The position numbers were made by a program, and so were the translations under genes. Shown here one piece after another: positions 30,174 to 39,872 of a stretch of DNA of 64,000 nt (its first letter is position 1; the number at the start of each line of letters is the position of its first letter). The stretch lies in contig JAVJWO010000022.1 of assembly GCA_040222015.1 (NCBI GenBank), forward strand, positions 21,720-85,719. The letters are read 5' to 3'. The notes beneath the pieces were generated by a model. That model saw nothing but the letters and a program-made list of their open reading frames with translations. It was not told the DNA's origin and did no database searches. The DNA comes from Coleofasciculus chthonoplastes F2-STO-03 (GTDB lineage: Bacteria; Cyanobacteriota; Cyanobacteriia; Cyanobacteriales; Coleofasciculaceae).

Positions 30174-30418
30174 ACAAAACGATCGCCTGGAACAGAGCGA
30201 TCGCGACTGAGGTCGAGTTCTCCAGTGGCAGCGACTTCAGCCAAGGGAGAGCAGCGAAAAAACTCGGAAAGCTGGGTGGAGGGTTCTGGGGACGGGCTAC
30301 TCCAAAGATCGTTGAGACTCTGGGCAAGCAGTTGGATGAGGCGAAGTTTGTCTTTGGGTGGGAGACAGAGGAGTTGTTGTTCAAGTTCTGGAGATAGGTC
30401 AAGGAAGAGGGTTGCCAT
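30161..30418 (-). CDS. Putative antitoxin (VapB-like)
   Basis: 85 aa, LSEFFRCSPL..ELDLSRDRS motif, directly upstream of the PIN remnant. Confidence 0.6.
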   Translation of the reverse strand: MATLFLDLSPELEQQLLCLPPKDKLRLIQLLAQSLNDLWSSPSPEPSTQLSEFFRCSPLAEVAATGELDLSRDRSVPGDRFVLYQ

Positions 30419-30459
30419 AGTCTTTGCCGAGCCAAAATTTACGTTTATTCTATCTTTCT

Positions 30460-30552
30460 CTATCCTCTGTCAACTAAGGTGGTTGTCTGAATTGTCATTC
30501 CCTGCGCTCTGAGTTTGTTACATTTGTTCATACTTCTTGGATTTTATCGGTT
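30460..30552 (-). repeat. Duplicate of the aldo/keto-reductase upstream region and first 8 codons (MTIQTTTLVDRG*)
   Basis: 30474-30552 aligns with 29930-30003. Confidence 0.85.
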
Positions 30553-30637
30553 TATGGGTTATTGACTCTCAGGAAACGTATAGTTTTATATGGGTCATTA
30601 ACGATAAACAGCAGCAAGCGATCGCGTCTGAACGGCT

Positions 30638-32122
30638 ATGGAAACCAGTGATTTTACTCAGTCCTCGTCCACTCCCTCATCCCCCGACAAACCCCTGCCC
30701 AGAATCAATATTTTAACCATGTTCCGCCTGGGTTTATTCCAGATGGGGTTAGGGATTATGGCGATTCTCACCTTGGGTATCCTCAACCGGGTAATGATTA
30801 GCGAACTGGGGATTAATCCCGCTTATGCTACGGGGGTATTAGCCATGCATCAATTGGTTGCCCCGGCGAGAATTTGGTTTGGTCAACTTTCTGATGCTAA
30901 ACCCCTGTTTGGCTATCACCGCAGTGGTTATGTTTGGCTGGGCACGGCTGGATTTGCGATCGCGGCTTTTTTGGCGGTTCAGGTGATGTGGCAACTGGGT
31001 GCAGCCGTACAAACCGCTGGAGGCTGGACATTAAATACTGAGATAGTAGGCTGGACAGGGGTATTGGCATTAATTTTTACCCTCTATGGTTTAGCCCTGA
31101 GTGCCAGTTCCACCCCATTTACCGCTATGCTGGTGGATGTTTCGGATGAGGACAATCGCTCCAAGTTAATCGGCACAACCTGGTCAATGCTAATGGTGGG
31201 TATTATTATCGGCGGGATTACTGGAGGTATCTTGCTCAAAAGTCTTGATCCGACAGAAACAGGCTCACAGGTTAGTGCAGAGGTTCTCTCATCACCCTTA
31301 GCCACATTACAGACTCCCCTCAACCGTCTGTTTATGATTGTGCCACTGGTAGTTATGGGATTAACCCTCCTAGCCACTCTGGGAATTGAGAAAAAATACT
31401 CCCGCTACGCCTCCCGTTCAAGTTTAGTGGAGCGAGAAGACCAAGTTACGTTGGGTAGAGCGCTGAAAGTGTTAACCGCCAGTCGCCAAACCGGTTTATT
31501 TTTCACCTTTTTACTGGTGATGACAATTAGTCTGTTTATGCAGGAAGGCGTGTTGGAACCTTATGGCGCTGATGTCTTTGGCATGCCCATTAGTGAAACG
31601 ACTCGGCTCAACTCCTATTGGGGCTTAGGCACATTAATCGGTGTGAGTACCACCGGGTTTTTAGTCGTACCTCGTATCGGTAAGCAGAATACGACGAAAT
31701 TGGGGTGTCTATCCGTAGCCATTAGCTTCTGCCTGATTATTCTAGCCGGATTTACCCAACAGGGGGAGATTTTGAAGCTGGCGATGCTGTTATTTGGTCT
31801 AGCGGCGGGAATCACCACGACGGGAGGATTAAGTCTGATGCTGGATTTAACAGCAGCGGAAACCGCCGGAACCTTTATCGGTGCATGGGGATTAGCCCAA
31901 GCGATGGCGCGGGGGTTAGCCACCTTTATCGGCGGTTGGGTGTTGTCCATTGGAGAAGCCCTGTTTACCGCACCTGTGCTAGCTTATGGCTTGGTGTTTG
32001 CCTTGCAAGCCGTGGGGATGATTGCCGCCGTATGGTTTTTGGGACGAGTGAACGTGCAAGAATTTCGGGATAATACCAAGCAAGCGATCGCGACGGTTAT
32101 GGAAAGCGATTTAGACGGATAA
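30638..32122 (+). CDS. BCD/PucC family MFS transporter
   Basis: FRLGLFQMGLG, LNRVMISEL, RIWFGQLSD, LEPYG, GTFIGAWGLAQA; about 12 TM helices. Confidence 0.9.
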   Translation: METSDFTQSSSTPSSPDKPLPRINILTMFRLGLFQMGLGIMAILTLGILNRVMISELGINPAYATGVLAMHQLVAPARIWFGQLSDAKPLFGYHRSGYVWLGTAGFAIAAFLAVQVMWQLGAAVQTAGGWTLNTEIVGWTGVLALIFTLYGLALSASSTPFTAMLVDVSDEDNRSKLIGTTWSMLMVGIIIGGITGGILLKSLDPTETGSQVSAEVLSSPLATLQTPLNRLFMIVPLVVMGLTLLATLGIEKKYSRYASRSSLVEREDQVTLGRALKVLTASRQTGLFFTFLLVMTISLFMQEGVLEPYGADVFGMPISETTRLNSYWGLGTLIGVSTTGFLVVPRIGKQNTTKLGCLSVAISFCLIILAGFTQQGEILKLAMLLFGLAAGITTTGGLSLMLDLTAAETAGTFIGAWGLAQAMARGLATFIGGWVLSIGEALFTAPVLAYGLVFALQAVGMIAAVWFLGRVNVQEFRDNTKQAIATVMESDLDG

Positions 32123-32258
32123 TATTGTAGGGACGGGTTTGACGATTATCGGTTTGGGTTGACCCAGATGTAACGAAACCCGCCCTGACCTAATTTGGGG
32201 TGTGACAATTTCTGTCCTGGAACTCCGGATGAGGGATTATGTAATGGATGTTTAACCA

Positions 32259-33071
32259 ATGAAGGAATTTTGGGCGTCTGTACTCGACTTTGCCAAAGAT
32301 ATTACCAACCATGTCGGTATCCAACTCCTGCCTGATTTTCGCTGCTGTCAGGCGTCGCAGAAAGCGGATGGGAGTTTGGTAACCCAAGCAGATCATTGGG
32401 CGGATGAGACGATTCGTCAGGCGATCGCGTCTCGGTTTCCTAGTCACGGAATCCTCAGTGAGGAAGGGGAACATCGCTTTCCAGATACAGAGTGGTGTTG
32501 GATTATCGATCCCTTAGATGGTACGACTAACTTTACCCGAGGCATTCCGATTTGGGGGATCTCTCTGGGCTTGCTGTATCATGGCACACCTGTGTTCGGA
32601 TATGTTCATTTTCCCCCCATTGGGCAATCCTTTCATGGCTTTTGGGCGGGAGAATCTGGATTACCCGATATTATCCCTGGCGCGTTTATGAATGAGTTTT
32701 CTATCCACAGTAGTCCGGATGAACTCAGTAGTAACCACTTTTTCAACCTTTGCTCTCGCAGTACCTCCCTCTTACAGCAACCCTTCCCCTGTAAAATTCG
32801 CATGTTAGGGGTTGCCAGTTATAACTTCATTACCGTTGCCACAGGAGCAGTTCTTGGCGGGATGGAAGCCACACCCAAAATTTGGGATCTTGCTGGGGCG
32901 TGGGTAATTGTCAAAGCCGCAGGTGCGGTTTGGGTGGCGTTGGCATCAGACCCAATTTTCCCGTTGAAAGTCGGTCAAGATTATGGTGGGCGATCGTTTC
33001 CCACGCTGATTGTCAGCCGTTCTGAATTAGTGGATGTGTTTAAATCGTATATCCAACAAAACCAGAATTAG
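32259..33071 (+). CDS. Inositol monophosphatase family protein
   Basis: VTQAD, LSEE, WIIDPLDGTTNF, IWDLAG. Confidence 0.92.
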   Translation: MKEFWASVLDFAKDITNHVGIQLLPDFRCCQASQKADGSLVTQADHWADETIRQAIASRFPSHGILSEEGEHRFPDTEWCWIIDPLDGTTNFTRGIPIWGISLGLLYHGTPVFGYVHFPPIGQSFHGFWAGESGLPDIIPGAFMNEFSIHSSPDELSSNHFFNLCSRSTSLLQQPFPCKIRMLGVASYNFITVATGAVLGGMEATPKIWDLAGAWVIVKAAGAVWVALASDPIFPLKVGQDYGGRSFPTLIVSRSELVDVFKSYIQQNQN

Positions 33072-33189
33072 CTCCTAGAGGTTCCAGTGGAACGTCTCTA
33101 CAAGCTCCCCCAGCTCCCCCTGCCTCCCCAGCTTCCCCTGCCTCCCCAGCTCCCCCCGCTCCCCCATCTCCCCTGAAATCTTGGCGAGA

Positions 33190-33563
33190 ACCTTGATGAT
33201 CACTCTACCGAGAGGTCATTATGGAAGCGGCAATACGTTACAGCGATCGCTCCTAGCCATTTGCTACTGTACAGATTAATCCGGCTACAGGGAAAGGGCA
33301 GATCGTGATCAGTGGTGACATCGGGACAGTTAAACCTAGCCCAAGGGTGCAACCAAACGGTACTCAAGGTAATACGGGAAGCGGCTTCTCTACCAGTAGC
33401 AGGGTATCAACGTTGAAAGGCTCACGAATAAGAGTTTTTTACGCAAGCCCCCACGATGGCGATTGCCCTCGTTACCCGCATAAAAAATAGTGGTCTGGGG
33501 GTAAGGACGGGCTAAAGCCGCTTAATTGGGTGTTTTACCTTCCCGTCCTTAGCCAGGTTTTTT
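33190..33563 (+). ncRNA. Candidate large structured non-coding RNA or long leader of unknown family
   Basis: Closing stem 33198-33204/33489-33495, GNRA-capped hairpin, long-range 8-bp pairing 33262-33269/33394-33401, terminator-like end; no credible ORF. Confidence 0.55.
33502..33563 (+). terminator. Intrinsic terminator-like hairpin
   Basis: TAAGGACGGG (33502-33511) pairs with CCCGTCCTTA (33542-33551); T6 at 33558-33563; loop is unusually long. Confidence 0.55.
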
Positions 33564-33593
33564 GAGAGTATTATGGAGCAATAGAGATTTATC

Positions 33594-34580
33594 ATGTCTT
33601 ACGAGCAAGAAAAACAGGTAGCTATTGAGGCAGCGCTGACAGCAGCCAAACTGTGTGAGCAAGTTCGCCAAGAACAGGTGACTGAAGCCATGGAAAAGAG
33701 CGATAAAAGTCCAGTCACGGTGGCGGATTTGGGTTCCCAGGCGGTTATCTGTCGAGCGTTAGCGATGGCGTTTCCTGATGACCTCGTGGTGGGCGAAGAA
33801 GATGCGTACCAGTTGCGTCAACCCGAAATGGCTGATCAACTGAATCGGGTAACGCACTACGTCAAGTCTGTCGTTGGTGATGCGACACCGGATCAGGTAT
33901 TGGACTGGATTGATCGCGGTAATAGTCAGATTGGTGGACGCTATTGGACATTAGACCCCATCGATGGCACAAAAGGGTTTCTGCGTCAAGACCAATATGC
34001 TGTGGCTTTAGCGCTAGTAGAATTGGGTGAAGTGAAACTGGGTGTTCTAGTTTGTCCCGCCTTACCCGTTTCCCCAGATCAACCTGATGGAGAAAAGGGT
34101 GTCCTATTCGTCGCGGTACGGGGTCAGGGTGCAACCATGGTTCCCCTCTCTGGCGGAGAACCTCAGCCGATTCAGGTGACAAAGGCGGATAATGCGGAAG
34201 CGATGCGTTTTGTGGAGAGTGTGGAATCCGGTCACGGGGATCATTCCCGACAGGATGCCGTTGCCAAAGCCGTAGGCATTACCGCGCCTTCGTTGCGGAT
34301 GGACTCTCAAGCTAAATATGGCGCAGTCGCGTCGGGTCGTGCATCGCTTTACCTGCGTTTGCCATCACCCAAGTCTCCAGACTATCGGGAAAAGATTTGG
34401 GATCACGCGGCGGGAACGATTGTGGTTGAGGAAGCGGGCGGACGAGTTACCGATATGCACGGGAAAGCCCTCAACTTTTCTCTGGGTGCCAAACTTTCGG
34501 ATAATCAGGGGGTTATTGTCAGCAATGGTGTGATTCACGATACCGTGCTGGATGCCTTGCGGGAAACCGCGAGCGTGTAA
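33594..34580 (+). CDS. 3'(2'),5'-bisphosphate nucleotidase (HAL2/SAL1-like)
   Basis: KSDKSPVTVAD, GEED, WTLDPIDGTKGFLR, ESVESGH, MDSQAKY, YREKIWDHAAG. Confidence 0.92.
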   Translation: MSYEQEKQVAIEAALTAAKLCEQVRQEQVTEAMEKSDKSPVTVADLGSQAVICRALAMAFPDDLVVGEEDAYQLRQPEMADQLNRVTHYVKSVVGDATPDQVLDWIDRGNSQIGGRYWTLDPIDGTKGFLRQDQYAVALALVELGEVKLGVLVCPALPVSPDQPDGEKGVLFVAVRGQGATMVPLSGGEPQPIQVTKADNAEAMRFVESVESGHGDHSRQDAVAKAVGITAPSLRMDSQAKYGAVASGRASLYLRLPSPKSPDYREKIWDHAAGTIVVEEAGGRVTDMHGKALNFSLGAKLSDNQGVIVSNGVIHDTVLDALRETASV

Positions 34581-34675
34581 AGAGGTTGCCTAGATAACGT
34601 CTGTCAGCGATCAAAAAGGGAAAAGGTTAAACCTTTTCCCTGGAACCGATGACTCACAACCTTGAGTCAAACAGC

Positions 34676-35515
34676 TTAATTTTCAGCGTTTGTTTCAACA
34701 GTTGACCCAGAGCGACTAACCAACGGTTCTTCAATCAGTTGATCTAGACCTGCAAAGTTCAAGGCAGATTGCCAATTTTCTTGAACTTGAGGATCATCGG
34801 TATAATCCTGACGTAATTGAGCCAATGTACCTGCTGCGTCCATCCAGAAGCCATATTCAGCAAAAATAGCTGCCTTTTCTCGTTCTGATGCATTGGCTAA
34901 CTTTTGAGCAAGTTCGGTTTCTGGAGAAACACGCTCAACCCACCCTTCGATTGTCAAATTCCCAGAAGCATCACCCCCCTCATCACAACTAAGAGAAAAT
35001 ACCCACTGGTACTTTTCCGATTCCTTGAGTAGCTCCTCTTCCTCTGTCATCGGCTCTGGCAGAGTGAACATGACAATTCCTGGCGTTTCGTTTAGAGAAA
35101 CCATTTCGTGATAAATAATCCCTTTGTCTGGACTCAGCAATGCAAATTCTGCTTCCTTGGCTTGAGTCTCACCGACATAAACCAAGAACGTCGGATTAGG
35201 CTGTACAGTCACTTCAACTGGAACTGTGTTTTTTTCCGCAACTTCTGGTATTAAGGGTGTAACCTCGACTTCCTCTCCATAACACATACCAGAACCTCGC
35301 GAGAATCCTGGAGTTCTCCACCGAGACGCTCTAATTTTTCTGTTGCGAAATCGCAGCCCCTTATTTCCAGCGAAGAGGGTTTCCGAAGACTTCTGATCAT
35401 TGTAACTGGACGAAGTGGGTTTGAAACCAGCGATTGCCATGGCACTGGCACTCATCACTAATCCCAGAGACAACATCAGGGAAAACGTTTTTAGATAGAT
35501 AGAGGGCTTTTTCAT
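34676..35515 (-). CDS. DUF928 domain protein
   Basis: Signal peptide, GFSRG-C, PTFLVYV, PGIV, YQWVFSLSC, GWVERV, GFWMDA, W..L...GL; start placed at MKKPS. Confidence 0.85.
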   Translation of the reverse strand: MKKPSIYLKTFSLMLSLGLVMSASAMAIAGFKPTSSSYNDQKSSETLFAGNKGLRFRNRKIRASRWRTPGFSRGSGMCYGEEVEVTPLIPEVAEKNTVPVEVTVQPNPTFLVYVGETQAKEAEFALLSPDKGIIYHEMVSLNETPGIVMFTLPEPMTEEEELLKESEKYQWVFSLSCDEGGDASGNLTIEGWVERVSPETELAQKLANASEREKAAIFAEYGFWMDAAGTLAQLRQDYTDDPQVQENWQSALNFAGLDQLIEEPLVSRSGSTVETNAEN

Positions 35516-35748
35516 GTTACTTTTTGCCAATGGCAGCTCTTGAGACAAGTCTAGCCTTATTTTTATCTGTAGAGACGTTCCTCCGGAACGCCTCTAACTG
35601 GGGAAAAGAGGATCTGCTTTTCCCGGATCTACATCATTATCCTGGCAGACATTAGGATTTGGAGTTGAAATTTATAGCAGTAGACACATCGATTAGGACT
35701 TTCGGAACCATTGTAGAGACGCGCCATGGCGCGTCTCTTGTCAACCCC

Positions 35749-36612
35749 TTACTCAGGACTATTAACGGGACGTTCTGCAACGAGATTCTCTAAACCCACA
35801 GATGCAAGGAGATCTTTCCAATCCGCTTGAACTTGAGGATTATTCGGATAACGCTCTCGCAATTTCGCCAGTGAACTCACTGCCTCTGTCCAAACGCCAT
35901 GATCCACAAATACTTTCGGTTGATCAATATCTGGGGTTTTGGCTAACTCTTGCTTCAGAGACTCTTCCTTAGCAATTCGCTGCACCCAGCCTTCTGCTGT
36001 AGGATTTTGACTCCAATCATTCTGATCGCAAGGAATGGTTACAAACCAATTGTAGATTTGATCCACTTGTAACAACTCATTCTCTGGATCAGCCGGATCG
36101 GACTCTGGGATGCTAATGCTGACAATTCCGGGAGTTTGATTGTCCAGAGAAATAGTTGTTTCATAAACAACCTTATCCTTGTTTTCAGTCATCAGCGTAA
36201 ACACTGCTTCCTCAGCCTCAGTCTCGGTGATATGAACGAAGAACGTTGGAGTTTGCTCAACTGTCAGTTCAACCGGGATTTGTTCATTGGTGGACGCTTC
36301 TTGGGCATCATCTGGCAACTCCTTACTTTGAAGTTGCGGCAATAATGCTGTTACATTAACTTGTTTTTCTTGATCGCCGATTTTGCAGACTCCCCGCGAG
36401 AACCCTCCAGTTCTGCGCCGAGAAGCTCGCATTCTCCGCCGCCGGAAGCTTAGACCTTTATTCCCTGCGACTAAGGTTTCTGAAGGCTTCTGATCTGCCT
36501 GATTGGAGGAATTGGGTTTGAGACCAGCAATTGCCATGGCACTGGCACTCATTACTAATCCCACAGACAACATCAGGGAAAACGTTTTAAGATATATAGA
36601 GGGCTTTTTCAT
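35749..36612 (-). CDS. DUF928 domain protein (paralog)
   Basis: GGFSRGVC, PTFFVHI, YNWFVTIPC, GWVQRI, GVWTEA, WKDLLASVGL; AAGGAG before MKKPS. Confidence 0.85.
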   Translation of the reverse strand: MKKPSIYLKTFSLMLSVGLVMSASAMAIAGLKPNSSNQADQKPSETLVAGNKGLSFRRRRMRASRRRTGGFSRGVCKIGDQEKQVNVTALLPQLQSKELPDDAQEASTNEQIPVELTVEQTPTFFVHITETEAEEAVFTLMTENKDKVVYETTISLDNQTPGIVSISIPESDPADPENELLQVDQIYNWFVTIPCDQNDWSQNPTAEGWVQRIAKEESLKQELAKTPDIDQPKVFVDHGVWTEAVSSLAKLRERYPNNPQVQADWKDLLASVGLENLVAERPVNSPE

Positions 36613-37142
36613 TTTACTCCTTGCCAATGGCAGTAATGGATACAATTTTATTTAATTAACGCAGCAGTAGAGAGCTAGAGCGAAGTCTGTATATTCATCT
36701 AGTGTATTCATTTACAGACCGACTCCTCTCTATTCAGCAAAGTTTCCTGTTCTACCTGTCAAGTTTACGTGACGCTAAACTAGGTTACCTCATTTTTTTA
36801 TTTATAGCGACTCAGCCAAGGTGATGGGCAATCAGCCTCTTCACCGTCTCAGCTCGCTCAGTGTACAATTTAAACCCTATGACAGCAATAAACTGCCTGG
36901 GTACTATATTATATACTAATATTCTATCTGATTCGTCTGTAAACTCTAGTATCATTACAGTTCTTTAAAAAAAGTGATTAATATCTGGAGAAACTTTGAA
37001 AGTAGCTATAGTGATTTAACTTCACGTTAATTTATATTAAGTTTGATTGTCCGAATCCAAGGTTCAGAATTCAAAAAAATTCCGCCGTAACGTAGGCGTT
37101 GTCAGTGAATTAACGCTCAGGGAAACAGGAGGCAATACCAAG

Positions 37143-38843
37143 ATGATGTCTGAAATGCGTTCATTTTTCACCCAACATCCCGTAGGTAAGGGAATCATGG
37201 CATTTAGTGGCACAGTCGTTCTGACGAGTGTGGTGGTTACAGGGGTGATTGTGGGACTGCGACAGTTGGGGGGGTTAGAAGGCTTTGAACTGGATGCGTA
37301 TGACCAACTCGTGCGATCGCGTCCTGAATCTGAGCCAAGCGATCGCGTGTTAGTCGTGGGGATTAGTGAAGAGGATATCCGCAACTATAACCAGTTTCCA
37401 ATAACAGATGCCACATTAGCGACGGTACTAAAGAAACTAACAGCGTATCAACCTCGTGCGATCGGGATTGACATTGGACGGGATGTACCTATTGGCGCAG
37501 GTCGTGAGGATTTAATTCAGGTTCTTAAGCAAAACGATAACATGGTCGCCGCCTGCGTCATGAGTTCTGCAACTGAACCCGGAACACCACCCGCTCCTGG
37601 AGTTCCCCTAGAACGGGTTGGTTTTGCAGATATGCAGCTTGATCGGGATCAAGTTATCCGCCGCACGGCATTAGTTTCATTTCCTCCGTTTGTGGAACCA
37701 CTTCCAGAAAATCCCCATCTGTGCCAAGATCCCGATAACCTACTCTATTCCTTACCGTTTCAGTTAGCACTGTCATATCTGGAAGAAGAGGGAATCGAAG
37801 AAGAATTAACGACCCCAGAGGAATTCATCAAGTTGGATTCCACGATATTCCCGCCTCTAGAAGAGCAATCAGGTAACTATAGCTACACAGGTGCGTTTGA
37901 CTACCAAATCATGATCAATTGGTCAGGTGAAAATGCCATTGAGCAAGTCACCCTGACTGATGTATTAGAAGACAACATTGATCCGAATCTCGTTAGAGAC
38001 CGAGTGGTTTTGGTCGGGTACACCGCCAGCACAGCGAATGATGATTTTGCCACACCCTTTAGTGCAGCTGCCCAGGATCAAGTGTTAATGCCTGGGGTAG
38101 TCCTTCATGCTCAAGTTGTAAGTCAAATTATGACTACCGTTTTAGAGGGTCGTCCTTTAATTTGGTATTGGTCACAGGGGAGTGAAATTCTCTGGATTTT
38201 TCTCTGGTCAGTTGTTGGCGGAACCTTGGCTTGGAAAATTCGCCGTCCTTGGATTCTGCTTCCGGCTGCAATAGTAGGCAGTGGTATTTTGTATGGTATT
38301 TGCTATGCTCTATTCGTTCAGCAGTCGGGATGGATACCGTTAGTTCCGCCAGCCGTCGGCTTAGTCTTAACCACCTTTAGCGTTGTCATTATTGACCGCT
38401 ACGGTCAAGTTGTGGCAAAAACAGTTAAGAAACTGCTGAGAATCAACATTGAAATCGACGAAACTCAAAAAGAAGAGCAAGTCGCCCAAATCTTAGAAAC
38501 TGATAGCTTTCAAGAAATTCAGCTCAGAGCTGATCAACTCAGACGTCGCCGCCAAATCACCAAGCCTAAAACCTATAACAATACAGTCACGGATCAAGTA
38601 GAACTCAATTGGGAAGAAGTTCCAGAACTCGGTCAATACCAACAAGTCCTGCAACGAGCGAGAGTATTAAGACATCAGCTCAACCGGGTGGAGGTGGAAC
38701 GGGACGAGGTTGAAGATGTTGAGCAGACAACGAACGGTTCGTCCGGGAGAATGCCCACGGTTAAAAAACAAGCATTTAACCCAGAAGACGAAAGTTATCT
38801 CTCGCAATTACAAAGTCGGGGAAGACGGATGAGAAACAAATAA
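37143..38843 (+). CDS. CHASE2 sensor protein without a recognisable enzymatic output domain
   Basis: ELDAYDQLVRSRP, PRAIGIDI, VGFAD, VLVGYTA, MPGVVLHAQVVSQI, 3 TM helices, charged tail; AGGAGG before the ATG at 37143. Confidence 0.88.
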   Translation: MMSEMRSFFTQHPVGKGIMAFSGTVVLTSVVVTGVIVGLRQLGGLEGFELDAYDQLVRSRPESEPSDRVLVVGISEEDIRNYNQFPITDATLATVLKKLTAYQPRAIGIDIGRDVPIGAGREDLIQVLKQNDNMVAACVMSSATEPGTPPAPGVPLERVGFADMQLDRDQVIRRTALVSFPPFVEPLPENPHLCQDPDNLLYSLPFQLALSYLEEEGIEEELTTPEEFIKLDSTIFPPLEEQSGNYSYTGAFDYQIMINWSGENAIEQVTLTDVLEDNIDPNLVRDRVVLVGYTASTANDDFATPFSAAAQDQVLMPGVVLHAQVVSQIMTTVLEGRPLIWYWSQGSEILWIFLWSVVGGTLAWKIRRPWILLPAAIVGSGILYGICYALFVQQSGWIPLVPPAVGLVLTTFSVVIIDRYGQVVAKTVKKLLRINIEIDETQKEEQVAQILETDSFQEIQLRADQLRRRRQITKPKTYNNTVTDQVELNWEEVPELGQYQQVLQRARVLRHQLNRVEVERDEVEDVEQTTNGSSGRMPTVKKQAFNPEDESYLSQLQSRGRRMRNK

Positions 38844-38846
38844 ACG

Positions 38847-39005
38847 ATGAACCAGGAACAACGAACGATTCTCTTAAAACTTGCTGCCAAGGTATCCCAA
38901 GATCCTTTACTCTTGAGGAAAGTCAGCGATCGAGTGTATCAGCTTATGCAAGAGGATTTACGCAAGCAACGCGAACGCCATAAAAACTACAGAGGGTTAC
39001 TATAA
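38847..39005 (+). CDS. 52-aa protein coupled to the tail-tube gene (not in ORF track)
   Basis: MNQEQRTILLKLAAKVSQDPLLLRKVSDRVYQLMQEDLRKQRERHKNYRGLL; TAATG overlap with next gene; shares VYxL...RER with 39873-40847. Confidence 0.7.
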   Translation: MNQEQRTILLKLAAKVSQDPLLLRKVSDRVYQLMQEDLRKQRERHKNYRGLL

Positions 39006-39523
39006 TGGCTGACAATGGTAATATCACCCACGAACTTAACTACGTCACCGCTAATCGATTTTATATCGAAATCGAAAGTCAGATTACGGCTTCATTTAGC
39101 GAGTGTTCTGGTTTAGGAGTTCAAATTGATAAAGAAGTCTATTTTGAGGGAGGAGTCAACGAACAGCAACGCATCTTTCTCAAGCAAGCCAAATTTGATG
39201 ATGTTACCCTCAAGCGAGGGATTACCGAAGATTTAGTGTTTTGGGATTGGATTAATAAGACGCTCAATCCTGGTAAAAAAGAACGACGTAATGTCAACAT
39301 TTTGGTCTTTAACCAAGGGGGAGAAACCATGCAATGTTGGACATTAATTGGTGCGATTCCAGTCGGTTGGAAAACGCCAGCCTTACAAGCCAGTTCTAGC
39401 ACCGTGGCGATTGAGGAATTAACCCTTGCCTACGAAGGCTTAAAGGTTGTCGCTGAGCAAGGTGGCGGCGGTGCTAGTACCAATTTACAACGTGCTAACA
39501 CTGGCTATTTCCCCAGCCACTAA
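39005..39523 (+). CDS. Phage T4 gp19-like tail tube protein (contractile injection system, Afp1/5-type)
   Basis: RFYIEI, FSECSGL, EGGVN, VTLKRG, FWDW, W....AIPVGW, VAIEELTLAYEG. Confidence 0.9.
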   Translation: MADNGNITHELNYVTANRFYIEIESQITASFSECSGLGVQIDKEVYFEGGVNEQQRIFLKQAKFDDVTLKRGITEDLVFWDWINKTLNPGKKERRNVNILVFNQGGETMQCWTLIGAIPVGWKTPALQASSSTVAIEELTLAYEGLKVVAEQGGGGASTNLQRANTGYFPSH

Positions 39524-39872
39524 CTAGATCAATCGGTGGGAAAAAGTAAAGTTAACGGTGGGAATCGTCATTTGTCATTTGTCATTTGTCATTTGTAAGG
39601 GTTTGAGAAATATGGACAAAAGTTGGGTATTTCCACCCACATACTTAGAGACGTGCCATGGTACGTTTTGAAGAACAGGTTTAGGAAGAATGTCACTGAC
39701 TTAAGGCTGGTGGGTTTCGACTTCGCTCAACCCACCCTACTAGGCTACAGTATATCAAGGGTTTTGGCACTCCCTAAATGAAATGCTTATTTTAGTGCCA
39801 TTCGGTTTAGGAATGTTCGTGATAATTGTACCTCAAACTTGCTCTGAATAAATTTTAAGATTAAAAGAACTG

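Noticed and set aside
29995..30435. 146-aa minus-strand ORF spanning the toxin-antitoxin remnant
   Set aside because: Alternative frame; recognisable antitoxin and PIN motifs lie in the other two frames
33283..33400. Cobalamin riboswitch reading of the structured element (AGGGAA, GGGAAG)
   Set aside because: No recognisable B12 box or GCCACTG core, and the downstream gene is not B12-related
33305..33490. 61-aa GTG-start ORF within the structured element
   Set aside because: No RBS or family motif; the sequence is better explained by RNA pairing, although coding is not formally excluded
39005..39523. Prophage
   Set aside because: No integrase, capsid, terminase or lysis genes nearby; the tube is of the CIS type
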